Part shown: one piece after another, positions 56,711-64,000 of the stretch
How positions within the stretch are numbered: the stretch's first letter is position 1
How the letters are laid out: every line of letters starts with the position of its first letter
From: Candidatus Iainarchaeum sp.
GTDB taxonomy: Archaea > Iainarchaeota > Iainarchaeia > Iainarchaeales > UBA10191
Direction of reading: 5' to 3'
Length of the DNA stretch: 64,000 bases
Assembly (NCBI GenBank): GCA_030649735.1
Contig: JAUSFL010000023.1
Span: 32,001 to 96,000 of the forward strand
Translations under genes and position numbers: made by a program
Notes under the pieces: model-generated
What the model was told of the DNA's origin: nothing
Database searches by the model: none
Seen by the model: only the letters and a program-made list of their open reading frames with translations

Positions 56711-57396
56711 GGTAATAATTCTTCACGAAAATTATTACCATTGGTAATAAAAAAGTTAAAAGTTATATCAACAGAGTAATTCACAATAACTTGAATTTTC
56801 TCTTATTTTCCAATCCGTTTATTTAGCCGATCTAACTCATCAAGGCAAGTTTGCTTTGAATAATCATCCTTTAGTGAATTGCAAACTTCTAGGCTAATAT
56901 TTTGCAATCTAAGCTGCGAGTCATAAGTTCCAACACACGGCTGCTCAATCCAAAAGTGATTGTCAGTTCCTTGATTTTTGAGCATTGGTACTTGATAAGA
57001 TAAATCATAATAGCATTTGAAATTGGAAGCGCTTCCAATGCACCCGGTGGTTGGACGAGCACCCATACTTAACAGGCTTGAATTGCTCGTGTCAACAGTT
57101 ACTCCAGAACAGTCGCAAGTTTTCTTTGTTGGGGAAGGACCTAAATCAAGAAGCCCATAATTGTAGCCGCATGGAGTTGACGCTAACTTGTTAAGCCAAT
57201 TTCCTAAAATAAATTGGCTAAGAAAAATGAGCATGATTATTATGATTCCTGCAATTGCTATTTTAGCCAATTTCATAAGTTTACTATTGCTTTTACCTAT
57301 TTAATCATTTGCGCATCAAGAAAAGGCAAATTACACTGCTAATAAATTTTCTGAAGAAAACATCATCAATGATGCTATTATTTCACGAAAATTATT
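56711..57396. repeat. Three related TTCACGAAAATTATT elements and palindromes flanking one gene
   Basis: Exact 15-mer at 56722 and 57382; inverted 16/19 copy at 57340-57358. Confidence 0.6.
56803..57276 (-). CDS. Membrane-anchored Cys-rich surface protein
   Basis: N-terminal TM; CNSLKDDYSKQTC repeat unit. Confidence 0.7.
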   Translation of the reverse strand: MKLAKIAIAGIIIIMLIFLSQFILGNWLNKLASTPCGYNYGLLDLGPSPTKKTCDCSGVTVDTSNSSLLSMGARPTTGCIGSASNFKCYYDLSYQVPMLKNQGTDNHFWIEQPCVGTYDSQLRLQNISLEVCNSLKDDYSKQTCLDELDRLNKRIGK

Positions 57397-57424
57397 CCAA
57401 CAATTTGTGATTGTGTGGGGGCTT

Positions 57425-59065
57425 CTATTTTGCCTTGTGAATGACTGCTTTTGCGATTTCCTGGAATGCAGGCCTTGTTATTAGAACGCCCACTAGGACT
57501 CCAATGATTGTCGTGAATGCAAACCCGACCAGCCTTGCCATTCCAGAGCTTGGCCCTACAACGAGCAGTGGGAGCATTACTGCAATCAATGTTGCTGCAG
57601 AAGCGATTACAATGAAGAATGCCCTTTTTGCCCTGTTGACAAGTGACATTCCAATTACTTCTTCTTCGCCCTTGCTTTTCTTCAGTTCGTCAGTTATTAC
57701 TATTTGGTCGTCGACTCCATAACCGATTGCGGCAATTATTCCTGCAATTGCGGCCAAGTCTAAAGGCCAGCTGAAAAGCGCTGAAATTCCCAAAGTTAAG
57801 ATTGCTTCAGCAAACACTGTGAGCATCATTGGAATTACTAATGCAATTACCCTGTACCTGAAGAACAATACGCAGGCAACAGAGATTGCGGCAATGATTC
57901 CAATCAGTGCGACAGTCCAAAGGAAGCTTTTTCCCAATGCGGCAGTGACTGTCACTTTGCTTACATTGTCGACTGCGACTGGCAGGCTTCCAGACTCCAA
58001 AAGTATTGAAAGCGACTGCAATTCAGCCCTTGCGTCAGCATTTGTTCCAGAAGAGCCCCTGATGAGCAGTGAAGAGTAGACTTTCGCGTTAGGGTCGTTT
58101 AATGAACTGACATCCATGTTGGTTACGTCTTCAGAAAGCTTGATGACTTCCTTAAGCCCTGTCGCGAACCAAGTGAAAGGCAGGTCTGAAGGAGTGACTA
58201 CTTCATTGACTGTAAACCCAATCTCTTCAAGCTGTTTTTTTAGTGCGGCGTCATTTAATGAAGGAATGATAGCGAATTTTCTTTGCTGCACAAGCGACTG
58301 CAATTGCGCAATTTGCTCTTTGCTAAATCCATTTGAATCCAGTATAAAGTTTGGCATGTTTGCGTTAAGCAGGATTTCCTGGATTTTCAGTCCTGCAGGA
58401 ATGTTCCTTGACTGAATGCCTGCGGCAAGCTTGTCTGAGTCTTTGCTGTAAATGTCTTTTGGGATTATTAGCACTGAATCTGAAGGCCTGTCGAGGAAAA
58501 AGAATGTGTTGTCGCATTCGTAAGTGACTTTTCCAGTCGCTGAATCAAAGCCTGTCCTGGTGCAGCGGTGGAATGTCATTTGGCTGAATTTTTGCGACGC
58601 CTGTTCTGTCAGAGTGAAAGGCAATGTCCAAGTGGAGAATTTGCCTGAAGGAGTCACTCCATAGCCTTTTGCAGGGTCTTTTGAAATGTCAACAAAGTCG
58701 TTTCCGCTGAATATTGTGTTTCCGTCAAGGACTGCCTCAAACTTTCCCTGCTTTAGCAGCACTGACTCCAGTTTTTCAACCTGCAAGGGGTCTGTTTCTG
58801 CCAATTGCGCAAAAACGAATTCATTTCCCACAAATTGGACTGTGGAATCTTTTGTTCCTGAAAAATCCAGTCTTTGCTGGATGATGGAGCGGATTTGCTC
58901 TTTTTCCGCAGTGTCAGTGACTTTTTCAGCCAAGTGGATTTGGAAAAGCGTTCCGCCCCCAAAGTCAACTCCAAAAGTCGGGCCTTTTACAACTAAAATT
59001 CCAATGCACAATATTACTGCAATGATTGCAAACAATACCTTGTTGTTTTTTAATAATTGATTCAT
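57425..59065 (-). CDS. secD: Protein translocase subunit SecD
   Basis: GVDFGGG, LESGSLP, IGYGVDDQIVITDE. Confidence 0.9.
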   Translation of the reverse strand: MNQLLKNNKVLFAIIAVILCIGILVVKGPTFGVDFGGGTLFQIHLAEKVTDTAEKEQIRSIIQQRLDFSGTKDSTVQFVGNEFVFAQLAETDPLQVEKLESVLLKQGKFEAVLDGNTIFSGNDFVDISKDPAKGYGVTPSGKFSTWTLPFTLTEQASQKFSQMTFHRCTRTGFDSATGKVTYECDNTFFFLDRPSDSVLIIPKDIYSKDSDKLAAGIQSRNIPAGLKIQEILLNANMPNFILDSNGFSKEQIAQLQSLVQQRKFAIIPSLNDAALKKQLEEIGFTVNEVVTPSDLPFTWFATGLKEVIKLSEDVTNMDVSSLNDPNAKVYSSLLIRGSSGTNADARAELQSLSILLESGSLPVAVDNVSKVTVTAALGKSFLWTVALIGIIAAISVACVLFFRYRVIALVIPMMLTVFAEAILTLGISALFSWPLDLAAIAGIIAAIGYGVDDQIVITDELKKSKGEEEVIGMSLVNRAKRAFFIVIASAATLIAVMLPLLVVGPSSGMARLVGFAFTTIIGVLVGVLITRPAFQEIAKAVIHKAK

Positions 59066-60129
59066 TGCGCCGCACCCTTGTGCTTTTTTTCAACATACCA
59101 TAACAGCATCGGGGCATTCATCAGCCAGGTTCCAATCAAGTCCGCAAGTAGTCCAAACACCAGCAGGAATGCTATTGTAAACATCACTTCAATTTGCGCG
59201 AAGTAAGAAAGAACAGCCATTACAATGACTGAAACCAGCGCTGTTGAAGTCATTGTGACTCCAGTGATTAAGGAATCCCATGCTCTTTCTTGGGCTGTTC
59301 CGTCCTTTCTTTTCAAAACCCTTGTTGTCAATAAAATGTCAGTGTCAATGCTGTATCCAATAACCAGCAGAATTGTCGGGATTGTTGCAAGGCCTAATGG
59401 AATGTGGAAGAAGGCCATTGCCGCCAATGCGGCCAGCGCGTCAAACAATGCGGAGAAAACAATTGCCAATGTTGGAATGACTTCCCTGAAGAAAATGAAA
59501 ACAACTATTATAATGAATATTATTCCAAGCAATGCAACCCATAAGGCCCCTTGCCAGAACAATTGCCCTAAAATAGGGTTTATGTCTTCAGACTGCATTG
59601 CAACATTGCTTCCGAGATTGAAGTTTTGGATGATTTTTTGCTTGATTGTTTCATTGAATGACTGGTTTGCCTTCAAGTAAGCGTCAGATGCCATGCTGAA
59701 TAAAGCGTCTGCCTTGTCGCTTGGAGAGTAAGTTCCTGAAACAAAGGCCTTTGCGCTTTCCAAAACTTGCAGTGAGTATTGCTTTGACTCTTGCGGATTG
59801 TCCTTCAAAAGGCCTGCAGCCTTGTCCAAATTTGACTTTAATGCCGCAATGCTTTTGCTTTCAACAAACTGGATCCTAATCTTGTTCCCTAAAGGAGAGC
59901 TTACAGTGTTAACGCTCACATCAACCAAGTCGAATTCTTTGCTCAAAAAGTCAGTGACTTGCTCTTGGTCCACTGGCTTTGGCGCGTCAATTATCAAAAG
60001 GCTTCCGCCCTTCAAGTCAACGCCTTGGGTGACTCCAGGCCACACAAGGACAAATCCCAAAAACACAAACAATAGAACAAGAGGCACTGCCAAGTATAGC
60101 TTGTAGTTTTTCTCATAGAACCCTGTCAA
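59062..60129 (-). CDS. secF: Protein translocase subunit SecF
   Basis: GVDLKGG, IGYSIDTDILLTTR. Confidence 0.9.
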   Translation of the reverse strand: MTGFYEKNYKLYLAVPLVLLFVFLGFVLVWPGVTQGVDLKGGSLLIIDAPKPVDQEQVTDFLSKEFDLVDVSVNTVSSPLGNKIRIQFVESKSIAALKSNLDKAAGLLKDNPQESKQYSLQVLESAKAFVSGTYSPSDKADALFSMASDAYLKANQSFNETIKQKIIQNFNLGSNVAMQSEDINPILGQLFWQGALWVALLGIIFIIIVVFIFFREVIPTLAIVFSALFDALAALAAMAFFHIPLGLATIPTILLVIGYSIDTDILLTTRVLKRKDGTAQERAWDSLITGVTMTSTALVSVIVMAVLSYFAQIEVMFTIAFLLVFGLLADLIGTWLMNAPMLLWYVEKKHKGAAQ

Positions 60130-60272
60130 GAATAAAGCACCCCAAAGCGAACAATTACATTAATAAGCAAAGAAAAACATTAAAAACATATCAAATTCTG
60201 GAGATTTGGCAGAATTTGATAATTTTCAAAAGCCTGGCTTTTGAAAACATACGGGAAAGCGAAGGCGTTTGG

Positions 60273-60662
60273 ATGAAGGAAGAGATTTTTGCTTTAATTC
60301 ATGAAGGCTTGGACAGTAGGGATTTTGAAACAAGGCGCACTGCAAAAACTTTCGCCAATTCTCTTAAGAGAACAACCCGCATAATGCAGTTTGAGAAGCA
60401 AAAGCACGTCAGGGATGACGGAAAGCTTTACTTGCAGCAGTTGGTTTTCATGACAAAATACCTTTTGCAAAACCCTGGATTGCCAATTGAGGAAAAAATG
60501 AGGACAATCCAGCCAAAACTCAATGAGCTGGAACAGCATCAAATCCACCAGATTTTCCTGCTGCAGCACTTGAAGAAAGCCCGCAAGGCCGAGGCTTCAA
60601 GGAAAAGAAAATTAAAGCATGCGAAAAAGAAAAAAGGCAAAAAGAAAGCCGTAAAGCATTAA
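60273..60662 (+). CDS. Helical orphan protein with very basic C-tail
   Basis: Ends RKRKLKHAKKKKGKKKAVKH. Confidence 0.6.
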   Translation: MKEEIFALIHEGLDSRDFETRRTAKTFANSLKRTTRIMQFEKQKHVRDDGKLYLQQLVFMTKYLLQNPGLPIEEKMRTIQPKLNELEQHQIHQIFLLQHLKKARKAEASRKRKLKHAKKKKGKKKAVKH

Positions 60663-60687
60663 ATCAAGCTCTTTTCACTAATTTCTC

Positions 60688-61713
60688 ATGAAGCTTTATT
60701 TCATTGACTCTAAGCAATTGCTTGACTCTGCCTTTCGCGATGCAAGAAAAAAAGTCAAGTCAATGAGCACTAAGGGACTGGATGACAAGTTCAGGCAAAT
60801 CAGGACTGAAGAGTCAATGATGTTGACTGCAGTTGCTGATTACATTATTGAAAAGCTTTCAAGCACTGCGCAAAGCTTTCCTGACTTCAGCGAATCCAAT
60901 CCATTCTATCTGGAGCTTGTTGAATCAACAATTGACCTTACTGCATTAAAGAAAGCGATTTCTCACTTGACTGAGAGCTCTCGCATTGTGAAAAAGCTAA
61001 AGTTTGAGGCATTGAAAAAGCTTCACGGAGTCAAAAGAATCCAAAAGTGGGATTCAATGAGCCTGGAGCGGAAAAAATTTTACGGCAGGGCTGCTGGAGT
61101 TTTGCGCAAGGCAGACTCTTCAATCACTGTTTTGAAAAAGTCATTGAGCAAGCTTAGAGAACTGCCGCACATTGACGAGAACTCTTTCAACGTGGTTTTT
61201 GCCGGCTTTCCGAATTCAGGCAAAAGCACAATGCTTGAAAGAATGACTGGCTCAAAGCCTGAAATCGCGCATTATGCTTTCACTACCAAAAGCATTCAGC
61301 AAGGCTTTATTGTGGAAGATTTTGTTAAAGTCCAGGTTTTTGACACTCCGGGCCTTTTGGACAGGATGCCTTCTGAAAGAAACCCGATTGAAAGAAAAGC
61401 GGCTTCCGCCTTGAGGCATTTGGCAGAATTCATTGTTTTCATTGCTGATGTCTCGAAAAACTCCGGCTATTCTGCAAAAGAGCAATTCAGCCTTTTTGAA
61501 AAGCTCAAGGCAGAGTTTCCAAAAAACGAGTTTGTGGCTGTTTTGAACAAGTGCGATATTGCGAATGAAAGCTTAAGGCAGGAAATGCATGCCGGATTTG
61601 AAAAATCGGGAATTCCTGTCTTTGAAGAAGGCGAAGGCCTTGAAATTCTGGAATTAAGGAATGAAATAGTTAAAAAAGCGCGTGTTTTCTTCAAGAAAAA
61701 GTTCTCGGAGTGA
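60688..61713 (+). CDS. NOG1-family GTPase
   Basis: GFPNSGKS, YAFTT, DTPGLLDR, NKCD. Confidence 0.9.
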   Translation: MKLYFIDSKQLLDSAFRDARKKVKSMSTKGLDDKFRQIRTEESMMLTAVADYIIEKLSSTAQSFPDFSESNPFYLELVESTIDLTALKKAISHLTESSRIVKKLKFEALKKLHGVKRIQKWDSMSLERKKFYGRAAGVLRKADSSITVLKKSLSKLRELPHIDENSFNVVFAGFPNSGKSTMLERMTGSKPEIAHYAFTTKSIQQGFIVEDFVKVQVFDTPGLLDRMPSERNPIERKAASALRHLAEFIVFIADVSKNSGYSAKEQFSLFEKLKAEFPKNEFVAVLNKCDIANESLRQEMHAGFEKSGIPVFEEGEGLEILELRNEIVKKARVFFKKKFSE

Positions 61714-61798
61714 AAAAAATCTTTTTTTAAAGATTCCTTCACCAAAGTGCTTCCAGTAGGCAGGGTTTTCTAATTCTGAATGCAGGGGTGTTTGGCAA

Positions 61799-62092
61799 AT
61801 GATTGCAGACAGCAAAACTAAAGCAAAAGTCGATGTTTCCCAGGAATTGACGGCAGTTTCCGAGCTGATGGAAGCCGTGCTTTCAGACACTTCAGTGCCA
61901 AGGAACATTCGCGCAGTGGTTGACGAGGCCTTGAAGAAAATAAGCTCTTTAGAGGAAAAGGCAGTCGCGGTAAGCACTGCAATCTACCAGTTGGATGACA
62001 TCAGCAATGACATTAACATGCCTTCGCACACTCGCACTGAAATTTGGGGAATTATTTCAGAGCTGGAGTCAATTAAGGAAAAATTGAAGTGA
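61799..62092 (+). CDS. UPF0147 family protein
   Basis: DTSVPRNIR, DINMPSHTRTEIW. Confidence 0.9.
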   Translation: MIADSKTKAKVDVSQELTAVSELMEAVLSDTSVPRNIRAVVDEALKKISSLEEKAVAVSTAIYQLDDISNDINMPSHTRTEIWGIISELESIKEKLK

Positions 62093-62101
62093 TTGGTTTT
62101 A

Positions 62102-63622
62102 ATGATTGGCGAAAATCAAGTAAGCCCAAAGCAGGTTTTGGATTTTGCCACTTTAAAGAACGCGTTCATTGACTTGAAGGCAATAAACCTTCTAATTCAA
62201 AGGGACAATTTTGAAGAATTGATTGAAGAGTCCTTGAAGGAAAACCCTGAAGAATTCATTACTGAAGACCGCATTAAAGACTTGATAATCCGCAAGGAAA
62301 CAAAGCTTTCCGGAGTTTCTCAAGAAGTGATTGTTGAAAAGTCGGGCAAGAGGCTTTTTCGCGACGAGTATTCCTCAAAATTCAGGATTTTGGACGAATG
62401 CGACGTTACTGGAAAAAGCTATAGTGAAGGAAAAGTCGGGGACTTTCTTTCCTACTTTAGGGACAAATTCAATTTTTTAGAGCCTTTATTGCACAAGAGG
62501 CAGGGCTTTGAGCCAAAGCCTTTAAGCCGCTTGGACCGCACTGCAAAAAACAAGGAAGTTCACTTCATTGCAATGGTTAGAGAAAAGCAAAAGTCGCGTT
62601 CCGGCCATTTGATTTTCAAGCTGGAAGATTTGGAGGCAGAATGCACTGGCCTGGCATTAAAGGACGACAATAAAATAATGGACATTTGCAGAAACATAAT
62701 GCCTGACGAGGTTTTGGGATTTCGGGCAGTGAAAGGCAATGACGATTTGGTAATCATTAAGGATGTTTTATGGCCTGACATGCCTAACAGGAAGTTGAAG
62801 ACAATCAATGAGCAATTGAGCATTGCGTGCATTTCAGACATTCACATTGGCAGCAAAATGTTCTTGGAGAAAGAATTCTCGAAATTCATTTCCTGGATTG
62901 ACGGAGACTATGGCGACGAGAAAGAATTGGAGAAAGTCTCGCGCATTAAGTACTTGCTTATTGCAGGCGACTTATGCGATGGCATTGGAGTTTATCCTGA
63001 CCAAATCAATGAATTGAACATCAAGGACATTAATGAACAGTACGAGGTTTTCGCTTCCTTCATGAAGAGAATTCCTGAAAGCATTGAAGTTTTCATAATT
63101 CCAGGAAACCACGACTGCGTTGTTCGAAGGGCAGACCCGCAGCCTGCAATTCCAAAAGAATTCTGCAAGGAACTGCATGCATTGGGAAATTTTCATTTCA
63201 TGGGCAGCCCAAGCATGGCTGAAATTGAAGGCTTCAAAACCTTGCTTTACCATGGAAACTCAATGCATCAAGTCAACGCTAATGTTTCAGGAATGGACTT
63301 TAAAAGGCCTGAAAAAACAATGGAAGAGCTTTTGAAGCGCAGAACTTTGGTTCCGACTTACGGAATGCGCCACACTCTAGTCCCTGAAAGAAAAGACTAC
63401 TTGCTGATTCGTGAAGAGCCGGACATTTTCTTGACTGGAGACATGCACCACAAGGGCTACAGCAATTACAAGGGAGTTCTTTGCTTGAATGCAGGCACTT
63501 GGCAGACAGTCACGAAATTCCAGCAAGAATTAGGCCATGTTCCGACTCCGGGAATTTGCCCGACAATTGACTTGAGCAATGGCAAAATCACGGAAAACTG
63601 CTTTTACCAGCCAACTTGCTGA
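62102..63622 (+). CDS. polB: DNA polymerase D small subunit DP1
   Basis: OB-fold; ISDIHIGS, GDLCDG, PGNHD, YHG, GDMH phosphoesterase motifs. Confidence 0.92.
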   Translation: MIGENQVSPKQVLDFATLKNAFIDLKAINLLIQRDNFEELIEESLKENPEEFITEDRIKDLIIRKETKLSGVSQEVIVEKSGKRLFRDEYSSKFRILDECDVTGKSYSEGKVGDFLSYFRDKFNFLEPLLHKRQGFEPKPLSRLDRTAKNKEVHFIAMVREKQKSRSGHLIFKLEDLEAECTGLALKDDNKIMDICRNIMPDEVLGFRAVKGNDDLVIIKDVLWPDMPNRKLKTINEQLSIACISDIHIGSKMFLEKEFSKFISWIDGDYGDEKELEKVSRIKYLLIAGDLCDGIGVYPDQINELNIKDINEQYEVFASFMKRIPESIEVFIIPGNHDCVVRRADPQPAIPKEFCKELHALGNFHFMGSPSMAEIEGFKTLLYHGNSMHQVNANVSGMDFKRPEKTMEELLKRRTLVPTYGMRHTLVPERKDYLLIREEPDIFLTGDMHHKGYSNYKGVLCLNAGTWQTVTKFQQELGHVPTPGICPTIDLSNGKITENCFYQPTC

Positions 63623-63680
63623 AATTATTTACTTCCAGCAATGATTCTAGCCATTGATTAAAACCATGGCCTAATCTTTT

Positions 63681-63998
63681 TTAATGTTTTTTTCTTCTCG
63701 CCATTGCTCTTAGCATTTGAATCTCGGCTTTTCTTTCTTCAGAAAGCTGCCTTGAAATTCTCGCAGAATTTTTCAATGTTTTGGCTTGTTCCTTAATTCT
63801 TCTTGCCTTTTTTGGAAAATGCTCTGCAACAAAAGCCTTTCCAAAAGCGCTCAAATAATCGCCCTTTTCAACGAATTGCCCGATTTCTCCCTTGGCTTTT
63901 TTGGCTTCTGCCTTCAAAGCTTTTGCTTTTTCAAAGCCCAATTTTGCGTCTTGCAATTCCCTCTTGGAAGCCTTTGAAAGAAAGTCCTTTCTTTTGCG
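63681..63998 (-). CDS. Basic orphan protein, 5' truncated by window (...ARRKKH)
   Basis: Frame open to window end; K/R-rich. Confidence 0.55.
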   Translation of the reverse strand, partial: RKRKDFLSKASKRELQDAKLGFEKAKALKAEAKKAKGEIGQFVEKGDYLSAFGKAFVAEHFPKKARRIKEQAKTLKNSARISRQLSEERKAEIQMLRAMARRKKH

Positions 63999-64000
63999 TG

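Noticed and set aside
61714-63680. Replication origin near DP1
   Set aside because: No cdc6/orc1 gene and no recognisable ORB repeats.
1-64000. tRNA/rRNA genes, transposases, integrases
   Set aside because: Intergenic gaps are short and no T-loop/cloverleaf, DDE or tyrosine-recombinase motifs were recognised by eye.

Overview
Gene-dense, AT-rich archaeal chromosome segment. Archaeal ribosomal proteins, aIF5B, aIF2-gamma, RpoE/Spt4, KEOPS and PolD DP1, together with many short orphan genes and Cys-repeat lipoproteins, suggest a DPANN archaeon, possibly Iainarchaeota/Diapherotrites-like (inference). Main blocks: (1) 1-13.2 kb, an apparently complete clustered 'archaeal' mevalonate pathway (NfnB-like oxidoreductase, class II HMGR, HMGS, thiolase, DUF35, MVK, UbiX, UbiD, AcnX large/small, IPK, IDI-2); (2) GluRS and L7Ae-S28e-L24e-ndk; (3) nucleotide salvage/dTMP genes; (4) aIF5B and ilvBN; (5) the S6e-aIF2g-PIN-RpoE-Spt4-S24e-S27ae-Kae1 cluster; (6) surface proteins; (7) grpE-dnaK-dnaJ with a free-standing LAGLIDADG gene; (8) S15/S3ae, CarS plus archaeosortase, secDF, NOG1 and DP1. 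The most notable signals are an unannotated 25-codon Val/Leu leader ORF with alternative RNA pairings upstream of ilvB (candidate ribosome-sensed attenuator in an archaeon), a dispersed set of unrelated orphan proteins sharing 'MP+basic' N-termini and K/R-rich C-tails, and a k-turn overlapping the L7Ae Shine-Dalgarno. No tRNA, rRNA, CRISPR array or transposase was recognised by eye. Product calls come from motif recognition only; no searches were run.
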